A stretch of 61,900 bases of DNA from a bacterium (lineage in GTDB: Bacteria > Patescibacteriota > Minisyncoccia > Minisyncoccales > GBS-2), in assembly GCA_036803205.1 (NCBI GenBank), contig DAIRUS010000003.1, positions 1-61,900 on the forward strand. Reading direction: 5' to 3'. The notes under the pieces are model-generated. The model was given only the letters and a program-made list of their open reading frames with translations. It was not told the origin of the DNA and ran no database searches. The first letter of the stretch is position 1; every line of letters begins with the position of its first letter. Of the stretch, positions 25,867-34,580 are shown in pieces. Made by a program: the position numbers and the translations under genes.

Positions 25867-26794
25867 ATTTTTCCTTAAAATTTTCTAAAGCAATTTTTAT
25901 TCCTCCAAAAATTGGAGGTTTTTTAGGTCGAATAAATTGAACTTGAGGATAATATTTTTTAATCTCTTTTTTTACTCTTTGAAAAACAAATTTTGAATTA
26001 AAAACCTCACCCACTAAAACTAACGGAAATTGCTTTCTGAATTTTAATTTCTTTATTACCGAAAGAGCCATCTGGTTTAACTCTTTTCCAGCTTCTTCTA
26101 AAATTTTCCTGGCTGTTTTATTCCCTTTTAAAGCAATCTCATCTACCATTACTGAAATCGAAGCTACCTTTTTAACAAAATTCTTTTGATAAAATTTCTG
26201 ATAAAGCTCTTTTCCATTTTTTATCTTCAACTTCTGAAAAATTGTTTTCCTTAAAAGAGTTTCTTTTCTTCGTCCATCAAAGGTTTTAATAGCTTCTTCC
26301 AAGGCTTTTTTTCCAATCCAAAAGGCTGAACCTTGATCTCCTAATAGCCAATCCCATCCGCCAGAAACTTCTTCTTTTTTTCCTCTCCAACCCATTGAAA
26401 TTGAACCGGTGCCGGCAATAATTAAAACCCCATCTATTTCATCGGTTCCGGAACGAAAGGCAATTTTTTGATCCCCTTCAACTTTTATTGGAAAGGAAAA
26501 AATTTTCTTCAAAAATTTTTCTATTTTTTTCTTTTTTTCTTTATCCTTTTCCAGTCCACCAGCCAAACCTAAATAACAAAAACCTATTTGATTTCTTGGA
26601 CAACCTTTAGTTATCTTAAAGATGATTTTTTTCAAATTAAAAATTGCTTTTTCAAAACCAATTTTATTAGGATTGGTAGAACCTGTTTTGGCTTTTTTTA
26701 AAATCCGGCCTTTTAAATCGCTCATAACGGCTATTGTCTTTGTTCCGCCACCATCAACGGCAATAAGATATTTTTCTTTCATTGGCTTTGACAT
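25847..26794 (-). CDS. BadF/BadG/BcrA/BcrD-type ATPase (N-acetylglucosamine kinase-like)
   Basis: LIAVDGGGTKT phosphate-1 motif, IAGTGS, GDQGSAFWIG. Confidence 0.65.
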   Translation of the reverse strand: MSKPMKEKYLIAVDGGGTKTIAVMSDLKGRILKKAKTGSTNPNKIGFEKAIFNLKKIIFKITKGCPRNQIGFCYLGLAGGLEKDKEKKKKIEKFLKKIFSFPIKVEGDQKIAFRSGTDEIDGVLIIAGTGSISMGWRGKKEEVSGGWDWLLGDQGSAFWIGKKALEEAIKTFDGRRKETLLRKTIFQKLKIKNGKELYQKFYQKNFVKKVASISVMVDEIALKGNKTARKILEEAGKELNQMALSVIKKLKFRKQFPLVLVGEVFNSKFVFQRVKKEIKKYYPQVQFIRPKKPPIFGGIKIALENFKEKYANFRY

Positions 26795-27962
26795 TTTCTT
26801 TTACGCAAGAATGGGGACCTAATATGGTATTAGGTCCAATTAAAGTTCCGGGCATTAAAGAGCAATTAACACCAATTTTCACATTATCCCCAATGATTGC
26901 TCCTAATTTTTTTCTTTTGGTATCAATGATTTTTCCGTCCAAACAAACTTTTACCGGTCTTTCATCAAATCTTAAATTAGCAAAAATAGTTCCAGCGCCA
27001 ACATTGCAGTTTTCACCAATAATTGAATCGCCAACATAGGAGAAGTGAGAAATATAAGTATTTTCACCGATAATTGAATTTTTAAGTTCTACCCCAGCTC
27101 CAATTCGACAATTATCACCAATAACACATCCTTCCCTCACAAAACAATTCGGACCCAAAACCGTTTTTTTTCCAATGTAAACAGGACCCACAATATAGCT
27201 TCCACTTCTAATTTGAGCTCCTTTCTCTAAAATGATTTTTCCCTTCAAAATGACATTTTTTTCTATTTTTCCCTCTCTTTTCTCTTTTTCCCTTTTCATT
27301 AATAAATTTGTTGCCCCAAATAAATTCCAGGGGAAGGTTATTGGAAACCATTTTTTTGCTTCGCTAAGATAAAGTTTTTGTTTTTGAATAAATTTTTTAA
27401 CAAAATCAGTAAATTCGTATTCTCCTCTTACTGATTTTTTGATTGAAAATTGAAAAATACTTTTTGGCAGAAAATAAGCTCCGACATTAACTAAATTTGA
27501 GGGAGGATTTTTCGGCTTTTCTAAAATTTCCGAAACTGTTTTTCCTTTTATCAAAATGACACCGAAATTTTCCGGATTTTCTACTTTTTTTACCAAAATT
27601 GCCGGAAATTTCTTTGTCAGTTTTTTCAAATCTTCTTCAAAATAAAAATCGTCACCATTGAGTATTAAAAATTGATCGGGTAAAAGATTTTTTGCCAAAA
27701 GAGCGGCACTACCAGTACCTGTTGGATTTTTCTGCCACAAATAATAAATTTTTATTCCCTTGTAATTTTTACCAATTTTCTTTTCAATCTGTTCTCCCAA
27801 ATACCCAACAACTAAAATAACCTCTTTAACCCAACCCTTTAATTGTTCAAGGTTGTGTTCCAAAATAGTTTTATTTAAAATCTTCAAAAGGGGTTTTGGT
27901 TTTGTCAAAGTTAATGGTTTTAATCTTTTTCCTAGGCCAGCTGCCAAAATTAAAGCTTTCAT
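26754..27962 (-). CDS. bifunctional sugar-1-phosphate nucleotidylyltransferase / left-handed beta-helix acetyltransferase (GlmU-like)
   Basis: MKALILAAGLGKRLKPLT nucleotidyltransferase signature. C-terminal hexapeptide repeats. Confidence 0.75.
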   Translation of the reverse strand: MKALILAAGLGKRLKPLTLTKPKPLLKILNKTILEHNLEQLKGWVKEVILVVGYLGEQIEKKIGKNYKGIKIYYLWQKNPTGTGSAALLAKNLLPDQFLILNGDDFYFEEDLKKLTKKFPAILVKKVENPENFGVILIKGKTVSEILEKPKNPPSNLVNVGAYFLPKSIFQFSIKKSVRGEYEFTDFVKKFIQKQKLYLSEAKKWFPITFPWNLFGATNLLMKREKEKREGKIEKNVILKGKIILEKGAQIRSGSYIVGPVYIGKKTVLGPNCFVREGCVIGDNCRIGAGVELKNSIIGENTYISHFSYVGDSIIGENCNVGAGTIFANLRFDERPVKVCLDGKIIDTKRKKLGAIIGDNVKIGVNCSLMPGTLIGPNTILGPHSCVKENVKANERKISYCR

Positions 27963-28918
27963 AAAAGTTTAATTAAAATTTTAGCTAATTTTGTGGGGTC
28001 ATGATTGATTGCATTTTTAGCTAATAAGGGAAAACCAAGAAATTTATCTTTATTATTTTTATCAAGATTTTCATTTATTTTTACCATTTCTAACAATTCA
28101 GGATGTAATTTTTTCCACTTTAATAAAAGCTTTTTTGAAGGTTTTTGGCTATTATAAATTACAAAATTTAGTGCCTTACCTATCCAATTTTCAATTTGAT
28201 TAGTAAAATCTAAAATTTTAAAATTATTAGTTTCGCCATATTTTGTCATTAGATTGCAAATATAAACCGTTCTTCCTTTGCTTTCTCGAATGGTTTTGGC
28301 TATTCCTTCTGTCAATAAAATTTGAGCTAAGGTAGAGTAAAGATCGCCAGGTCCAATAACAATCAAGTCAGCTTTTCTTAAGGCAACAATAGTTTTAGGA
28401 TAGGCTTTTGCTTTTGGCTGAAGAAAAACTTTTTTGATTTTTAAATTCCCATTATGTTTTGGTCGATCAATATTGTTCTCTCCATAAATTATTTTTCTAT
28501 TTTCTAAAATCGCACAAAGTTGGGCCCTATCTAAAGTTACAGGCAACACTTCATGTTCTACTTTCAAAAGGTCTCTTAAAGTAGCTAGTGTCTTTTCGTA
28601 ATTGTTTGTTGTTAGCTCTAAAGCAGCAATTAATAAATTAGCAAAATTGTGTCCTTTTAATTGGCCAGCCTCAAATCGATAATTGAACAAATCCTCAATT
28701 AAAGGAGAGGTATTAGCTAAAGTAATAAAAGCCCGTCTGATGTCACCGGGAGAAATAATTTTGTAATCTTTTCTCAATCTTCCGGCTGATCCGCCCGAGT
28801 CAAGCATGGCACAAATTGCCGTCAATTTTATCGGATATTTTTTTAATCCTTGCAAGACCGCCCTTGGCATAGCATTACCCCCGCCGAGACAGACAATTTT
28901 TTTTATTTTCTTTGACAT
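27959..28918 (-). CDS. YvcK/CofD-family protein (UPF0052, gluconeogenesis factor-like)
   Basis: IVCLGGGNAMPRAVLQGLK, MLDSGGSAGRLR, IGPGDLYST. Confidence 0.75.
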   Translation of the reverse strand: MSKKIKKIVCLGGGNAMPRAVLQGLKKYPIKLTAICAMLDSGGSAGRLRKDYKIISPGDIRRAFITLANTSPLIEDLFNYRFEAGQLKGHNFANLLIAALELTTNNYEKTLATLRDLLKVEHEVLPVTLDRAQLCAILENRKIIYGENNIDRPKHNGNLKIKKVFLQPKAKAYPKTIVALRKADLIVIGPGDLYSTLAQILLTEGIAKTIRESKGRTVYICNLMTKYGETNNFKILDFTNQIENWIGKALNFVIYNSQKPSKKLLLKWKKLHPELLEMVKINENLDKNNKDKFLGFPLLAKNAINHDPTKLAKILIKLL

Positions 28919-28952
28919 TTTTTCTTTTTTATTCTACACTAAACTATCGATT

Positions 28953-30218
28953 ATGACAACCAAATTTTTAATTAAAGGAGGCGTTCCTCTTTCCGGAGAA
29001 GTTGAAATTTCTGGTTCGAAAAATGAAGCCGGTCCTATTTTGGCGGCAACTCTATTAACTGAAAGCGAGTGCGAGATTGAAAATTTGCCTTTGGTAAGTG
29101 ATATTTTAAACCAAATTGAATTACTAAAAAAAATTGGGGCAAAAGTTGAATGGTCGGGGTCAAAAAAAATAAAAATTGGAGCAAAGAATATTGAGCCAGA
29201 AAAAATTCCTGTTAATCTTTTTGAAAAGATGAGAATTTCTGTTTTGTTAATTGGTCCTCTTTTGGCTCGTTTTGGAAAAATAAAAGTGCCTCATCCAGGC
29301 GGAGATAAAATTGGTTTAAGACCAATCTTAACCCACCTTGAAGCTTTTAAAGATTTTGGAATTAAAATTAAAACCAAAAATGGTTTTTATTATTTTGAGA
29401 TGCCAAAAAATTTAAGAGGAAAAAGGGTTGTTTTAAAAGAATTCAGCGTCACGGCAACTGAAAATCTGATGATGTTGGCTGCTCTTTGTCCCGGCCAAAC
29501 CAGAATTGATATGGCTGCTTCTGAGCCTCATGTTCAAAATTTAGGAAAATTTTTAAAATCAATGGGGGTAGAAATTGAAGGAATAGGAACCCATACCCTC
29601 ATCATCAAAGGAAAGAAAAAGTTGGCAGGAGTAAATTTTGTTACCTCTCCTGACCCCATCGAAACTGGTACTTTTTTGATTGTTTTTGCCATCACCGGGG
29701 GCGAAGGAGAAATAAAAAATATCAATGCTGAAGACCTGGTTTGCTTTTTAGAAAAAATGAAAGAAATTGGTGTTAATTTTAAAGTTAAAAACAATCAAAT
29801 TTTAGTTAAACCTTCTTCTAATTTTAGGGCAACAAAAATTCAAATTCTCCCCCATCCCGGTTTTCCTACTGATTTACAACCCCAAAGTTGCGTTTTATTA
29901 ACCCAAGCTCAAGGAAAAAGTTTAGTTCACGAACCTCTTTATGAGAATAGATTTCAACATTTGCACGAACTAAGAAAAATGGGGGCGGATATTGAAATTA
30001 CCGATCCTCATCGAGCATTAATTTTTGGAAAAACGAAATTAAGCGGAACAAAATTAAATGGTACTGACATTAGAACCGGAGCTTCCTTGGTTTTAGCCGG
30101 ATTGATTGCTAAAGGAGAAAGCGTTGTCGAGGGGGTTGAACAAATTGAAAGAGGTTATGAAAAAATCGAGGAAAAATTAAAAAAACTCGGGGCGAAAATT
30201 AAAAAAATAACAAATTAA
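28953..30218 (+). CDS. murA: UDP-N-acetylglucosamine 1-carboxyvinyltransferase
   Basis: FLIKGGVPLSGEVEISGSKNEA N-terminus and a two-domain EPSP/MurA fold pattern. Start moved to ATG 28953; the upstream 49 codons overlap yvcK antisense. Confidence 0.9.
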   Translation: MTTKFLIKGGVPLSGEVEISGSKNEAGPILAATLLTESECEIENLPLVSDILNQIELLKKIGAKVEWSGSKKIKIGAKNIEPEKIPVNLFEKMRISVLLIGPLLARFGKIKVPHPGGDKIGLRPILTHLEAFKDFGIKIKTKNGFYYFEMPKNLRGKRVVLKEFSVTATENLMMLAALCPGQTRIDMAASEPHVQNLGKFLKSMGVEIEGIGTHTLIIKGKKKLAGVNFVTSPDPIETGTFLIVFAITGGEGEIKNINAEDLVCFLEKMKEIGVNFKVKNNQILVKPSSNFRATKIQILPHPGFPTDLQPQSCVLLTQAQGKSLVHEPLYENRFQHLHELRKMGADIEITDPHRALIFGKTKLSGTKLNGTDIRTGASLVLAGLIAKGESVVEGVEQIERGYEKIEEKLKKLGAKIKKITN

Positions 30219-30262
30219 GCAAAATATATAAAAATTCTTCTTATCTTTGAAAAATCTAAAAC

Positions 30263-30742
30263 CTATCCAACTGTAATATCAACTCTCTTTTTTATATCGA
30301 AAGCAGCGGGTAATTCTATGGCTGCCTCTAAATACCATTCAATCCTGGAAATGGAAGACTTAGCCTTAAGCATCTCAAATGTTTTAAACATTGTACCCAA
30401 AACACCTTCGGTTGCCTCTGTTGGTTTAGATGGCATGGTCAAAACATTAGCAGGAATTTTTATCTCAAAAGGATATTCTCCTTTTAAATATTCTTTTTCA
30501 CCATCGAGAACTAACTCAAAACGATGAATAAAATCTTTCCTTGTCTGTCTGGTTGGCGGGCGGTTTAGCCTTTTTTCCAAATAAGTAGTAATTCTTACAC
30601 CGTTTAAGGTCACTCTTAATTTTTTGGCCAAGGTAGGTTTTTTAAGTTCAAAAGAAACCCTTCCTTTAATTGTTTCTCCTGGCAAAAAATTGAATTTCTC
30701 TAAACTAATATCGATTTTTCCTGCTCCAAAACCAAAAATCAT
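30263..30742 (-). CDS. Spo0M-like (arrestin-fold) protein
   Basis: GFGAGKIDISLEKFNFLPGETIKGRVSF resembles the Spo0M family N-terminus. Confidence 0.45.
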   Translation of the reverse strand: MIFGFGAGKIDISLEKFNFLPGETIKGRVSFELKKPTLAKKLRVTLNGVRITTYLEKRLNRPPTRQTRKDFIHRFELVLDGEKEYLKGEYPFEIKIPANVLTMPSKPTEATEGVLGTMFKTFEMLKAKSSISRIEWYLEAAIELPAAFDIKKRVDITVG

Positions 30743-30933
30743 ATTATTTTATTTTACCAAAAACCCCCGTACCAATCAATAGGGATAGTGTGAGACAGAC
30801 CGCCTAAACGAATTCTAACTAATAGCTTGTCCGAGACAAGAAGAAATAGAATCACCGGTGAAAATAGTATTAAAGCCCTTAGATAGTGCTAAAGTAGATA
30901 AAGTGTTACAATTTATTCATCTAGTACAAGGAC

Positions 30934-30961
30934 TTGACAAAGTTTTTTAATTTGCTATAAT
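30934..30961 (+). promoter_or_regulatory. sigma70-type promoter with extended -10 driving the orphan RNA
   Basis: TTGACA (30934-30939), 16-nt spacer, TGcTATAAT (30953-30961). Confidence 0.6.
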
Positions 30962-30967
30962 AAGGGT

Positions 30968-31279
30968 AGCACTATAAAATAAAAAATATTGTAGGGATTG
31001 CCTGCGAGGCCTTGAATGAGGTTTGGCGGGCAATCCCTACCAGTTGGATGGAAGGTGTTGGGGCGCCACGACGCCTTTCTGGTTAACCTGGTTTTTCCCT
31101 AGCCTCAAGATGGCGAACCGGTTCCCCGGCCGGAGGGAGAGGGTTAACTAAAAATCCAGCTGTTGCACTTCCCACCCATTTTTTGGGGGGGAAGCGGGTT
31201 TTGGTAGTTGCGAAGAGGGCAGTAGGGACCCTCTTCGCTATTGCTCTTGAATGGGTGCGAAAGCACCCTTTTCTTTTTT
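30968..31279 (+). ncRNA. orphan structured RNA of about 310 nt, class unknown
   Basis: GC-rich island in AT-rich DNA with no ORF of 60 codons or more. Stems: 30991-31002/31029-31040 (12 bp perfect), 31041-31049/31154-31162, 31081-31088/31142-31149, 31168-31177/31185-31194, 31210-31219/31229-31238 (10 bp perfect). Ends in a GNRA-capped terminator. Confidence 0.6.
31253..31279 (+). terminator. intrinsic terminator of the orphan RNA
   Basis: GGGTGC-gaaa-GCACCC followed by TTTTCTTTTTT. Confidence 0.75.
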
Positions 31280-31539
31280 ATAATCAATTTTTTTAATAAA
31301 AAATTAAAAAATTTTTTAAATTAAAATAGGTTATTTACGGCACAAAAATTAACTTACGAAAAGAAAACTAAAGAGGAAACACCTAAAGATCTTGATATTT
31401 CAATTATTGATTTAGTTGCTCAGCTAGTTTGACCTGCTTTTTTAATTCTAGAATTTTTAGAAAAACTGAGTAAAAAGGTTCTCTTAAATCGCAAAAAAAT
31501 AGCAAAACTTTACTTACCTAAAATCCTCTCAGCGGAAGA

Positions 31540-32145
31540 CTATCCTTTGCTGATAAACTGGGAACGAGCAAAATTAAAAGTTTTGAGATTTAATTCCAGA
31601 TATTTTTCTGGAATCATTTTTTTAATAGCTTTTTCAAGAGAGTTTGGTTTTATCGGAATTAACCCTTTAAAGGTAGCGAAGCTTATTAAATAAATACCGG
31701 CTAAAACCTCATTTCCTAATTCTTTTTTGCAAATTTCATTGGCTGGAACAAGATTAATTTTTTGAGTGAATTTTTTTATCTCATTTAAAATTTCATTTTC
31801 TGAAAGTGAAGGTTGACCAGGAATGGGTAGTAAATATTTATTTATTAAAAATTGACTATTTTTGTTGGCATAATAGAGTCCTCTTAAAGCTTCGTGCATT
31901 TCCAAGGCTAAAATTAAATCAGCGCCTGCCTGAAAAACCAAAGGAGAAAAAATTTCTTTGCCAAACCTTATTTGTGCCTCAACTGAACCCCCTCTTTGAG
32001 ACAAACCATGGAGTTCAGAAGTTTTAACCTGATAACCTTCGCTAAAAGCGGCTTCAGATAAAATCTCCAGCAGGGTAATTTGGCCCTGGCCGCCAATTCC
32101 AATAATTATAATGTTAAAATCTTTTTTTAGATTCTTAGATTTCAT
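31540..32145 (-). CDS. iorB: indolepyruvate:ferredoxin oxidoreductase beta subunit
   Basis: IIIGIGGQGQITL (POR gamma-type domain). Immediately downstream of iorA. Confidence 0.75.
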   Translation of the reverse strand: MKSKNLKKDFNIIIIGIGGQGQITLLEILSEAAFSEGYQVKTSELHGLSQRGGSVEAQIRFGKEIFSPLVFQAGADLILALEMHEALRGLYYANKNSQFLINKYLLPIPGQPSLSENEILNEIKKFTQKINLVPANEICKKELGNEVLAGIYLISFATFKGLIPIKPNSLEKAIKKMIPEKYLELNLKTFNFARSQFISKG

Positions 32146-32161
32146 AAGATTGAAGGTTTTC

Positions 32162-33892
32162 TTACTTTTTCTCTACAAAAATACATGGATGCCTGGCGAT
32201 AATCACTGAAACTTCCTCTTTTTTAAGAAATTCTCTTAATGTTTCTTCAAGTTCTTTTTGATTAATCGTTTGGTCAATTACTTTTAGATTTTCCACCCCA
32301 CAAGCTTTGACAATCTCTTCAATTTTAATTGGTTTTACTCCATTTTCTTCAATTTTTTTCCCCGTCCCGGGATGGGGTTGACGGCCGGTCATAGCGGTTG
32401 TTTGATTGTTAAAAATGATAATCAAAGGATTTGATTTATTAAAGACGGTGTTTATCAAGGCGGGAATTCCGGCGTGGAAAAAAGAAGAATCACCAACAAA
32501 GGCAATTATCTTTTGGCCAGTGGCTTTGCTAATTCCGTGAGCTATGCCGGTAGAAGAACCCATACAATATAAATAATCTTGGAGGTTGACTACCGGATGG
32601 CCGGCCATCATATAACAACCAATTTCTCCGCCAAAAATCACATTTTTTAAATCAACCACTTTCTTAATAGCAGAAAAAATTGACCAGTAAGGACAAGGTG
32701 GACGGCCAGAAACAGTGACGGGGGTGCAAAAAATCGGTTGTCTTGGCGGAATTTTTGTTTTTTCAAATTTTTCCAGATGAGCTTTAAAATTAATTTTTGG
32801 TCTTTTCTCTGAAACTCTTGAAATAGCCAATAAAACATATTCTGGTTTTAGTTCACCAGCAATTGGCAAAATGGCCTTTCTTTTTTTCCAAACTCTTCCT
32901 CCCTCAAACGGCTGATTCTCTTTTCCCAAAACCTCTAATTTTGGATTTATTTCTTTAGCCAAAATTTTGGCTTCTCTTTCTAAATAAGGATCTAATTCTT
33001 CTACCACTAAAAGTTTTTTCAAGTTTTTAATAAAATTCTTAATTTTTCTTTCTGGCAAAGGATGAATAAAACCTAATTTTAAAACCGGCAATTTTAAATT
33101 TAATTCTTTTAAGGCCTCCTTGACATATAAATAAGTTATTCCCGAAGCCAAAATTCCAATTTTTGCTTTGTTTTGGTTTTCGATCAAATTTAATTTGCTC
33201 TTTTCAGCGATTTTTTTGATTTCTTCTATTTTTTGAAAAAGCTCTAATTTCTGTTCCAAAACCCGGGGCGGCATAGTAACAAATTTTTTAAAATCCTTGA
33301 TAAATTTTCCTTTTTTCTCTACTCTTTCAATTTTTCCTAATATAACCTCTGCTGATTGATGGGCGACCCTAGTTGTTGTTCTAACTATAAATGGTATTTC
33401 AAATTTTTCCGACAACTCAAAAGCCAATTTTATAAAATCTTTGCACTCTTGAGAATTAGATGGCTCTAACATGGGTAAATGGGCTTTGTTAGCATATAAT
33501 CTAGTGTTGTCTTCTGACTGAGCAGAACTCCAGCAAGAAGGATCGTCGGCAACATAAATTACCATTCCTCCTTTTGTGCCGGTATAAGCCAAAGGAAAAA
33601 GGAAATCAGAAGCAACATTTAAACCAAAACTTTTCATTGCCACTAAGGACCTTAAGCCAGAAAAAGCTGCTCCGGCTGCTGCTTCCATAGCTACTTTCTC
33701 GTTAGTGGAAAATTCAAAGTAAACACCAACTTTTTTGGCAATTTGGTAAAAAATATTTCCGATTTCCGAAGCCGGCGTTCCGGGATAAGTAGAAACAAAA
33801 TTAACGCCAGCTTCTAAAGCTCCTCGACAAATTGCTTCGTTGCCAAGAAGAATAATTTTTTCTCCCTCTTTTTCAAAAATAATTTTCTCCAT
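32162..33892 (-). CDS. iorA: indolepyruvate:ferredoxin oxidoreductase alpha subunit (no C-terminal ferredoxin domain)
   Basis: GNEAICRGALEAGV, YPGTPASEI, TPP-binding GDSSFFHAG...NN pattern. 576 aa. Confidence 0.75.
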   Translation of the reverse strand: MEKIIFEKEGEKIILLGNEAICRGALEAGVNFVSTYPGTPASEIGNIFYQIAKKVGVYFEFSTNEKVAMEAAAGAAFSGLRSLVAMKSFGLNVASDFLFPLAYTGTKGGMVIYVADDPSCWSSAQSEDNTRLYANKAHLPMLEPSNSQECKDFIKLAFELSEKFEIPFIVRTTTRVAHQSAEVILGKIERVEKKGKFIKDFKKFVTMPPRVLEQKLELFQKIEEIKKIAEKSKLNLIENQNKAKIGILASGITYLYVKEALKELNLKLPVLKLGFIHPLPERKIKNFIKNLKKLLVVEELDPYLEREAKILAKEINPKLEVLGKENQPFEGGRVWKKRKAILPIAGELKPEYVLLAISRVSEKRPKINFKAHLEKFEKTKIPPRQPIFCTPVTVSGRPPCPYWSIFSAIKKVVDLKNVIFGGEIGCYMMAGHPVVNLQDYLYCMGSSTGIAHGISKATGQKIIAFVGDSSFFHAGIPALINTVFNKSNPLIIIFNNQTTAMTGRQPHPGTGKKIEENGVKPIKIEEIVKACGVENLKVIDQTINQKELEETLREFLKKEEVSVIIARHPCIFVEKK

Positions 33893-34007
33893 ATGTAAAT
33901 GTTTTAATTATAGCAAAGAATCAAAAAAAGGCAACATTTAAATTTGACAAAAACTATTGAAAATTATATTATTAAAATAGCACTTAAAAAAGGAGGTGAT
34001 ATAGTTC

Positions 34008-34487
34008 ATGGTTCAGGACGAAAAGGAAAAAGATAAAACCCTTTCCTCGAAATTAGAAATCTATCATACACAGGATTTAATCGCCTTAATTGCCAATGGT
34101 ACCATTGCCCCTTCTTCTCCTCTCCCCTTACATCTTGAAAATCCTGCCACCCGTGCAGTCATCAAATCAATCAGTTCCCCCTTCAAGGCAAAGGATGAAC
34201 CTTACCAATCACCGATTGCCAATGGGTTACGGCTAAAAGCCACTTTCCTGGATAAAAAAGGCAAGGAATTTGCGCCTCATTTGGCCCAATTGCCCGGGCC
34301 AAAAAAAATCTCAAGGTGGCTAGAAGAAAAATTCTTTGTCGTTCCTTGTCGGATCTGCGGACAAAACACCATCTTTATTCAACTTGTCGTTATTACGCCC
34401 AGCAGGGTAAAAGCAGGATTTTACAGTATTGAGTGTGGAATAATAAGGCTTGATAACTTAGAGGAGAAAGATTTTCTCCTCAAATAA
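34008..34487 (+). CDS. 159-aa orphan protein
   Basis: SD AAAGGAGGTGAT and upstream TTGACA (33944-33949). Own terminator. CRICG...C...C near the C-terminus. No recognised family. Confidence 0.55.
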   Translation: MVQDEKEKDKTLSSKLEIYHTQDLIALIANGTIAPSSPLPLHLENPATRAVIKSISSPFKAKDEPYQSPIANGLRLKATFLDKKGKEFAPHLAQLPGPKKISRWLEEKFFVVPCRICGQNTIFIQLVVITPSRVKAGFYSIECGIIRLDNLEEKDFLLK

Positions 34488-34536
34488 AAACCATGCTCAA
34501 AAGGAGGGAGAAATGCGAGGGCAAACAAGTTTCGCT

Positions 34537-34580
34537 AGGGTTTCTGGCGGCACGCTTTGCCAAAGGAAACCCTTTTTATT
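34537..34580 (+). terminator. intrinsic terminator after ORF 34008-34487
   Basis: AGGGTTTC...GAAACCCT stem (34537-34544/34566-34573) followed by TTTTATT. Overlaps the glmS stop. Confidence 0.55.

Noticed and set aside
28806-28952. N-terminal extensions of murA (and likewise glmS 36415-36516, metG 45134-45226, nrdD 8926-8949, ftsZ 10026-10061)
   Set aside because: The canonical N-termini (MTTKFLIKGG, MCGIIGY, MKSKKFYLSTALPY, MENKITKVQKRDG, MTKIKVVGVGG) begin at internal ATGs. The extensions overlap neighbouring genes or promoters and have no family-like sequence.
30968-31279. Identifying the orphan RNA as RNase P RNA, SRP (4.5S) RNA, 6S RNA, a cobalamin riboswitch or a retron / omega RNA
   Set aside because: It has no GGAAAGTCC / ACAGAA P4 elements. 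It has no GGAA-capped helix with the GAAGCAGC SRP domain IV motif. Its 5' and 3' ends do not pair into a 6S-type rod. It shows only superficial resemblance to the B12 core and has no downstream gene. No RT, IscB or TnpB is adjacent. All checks were from memory, so a covariance-model scan is still needed.
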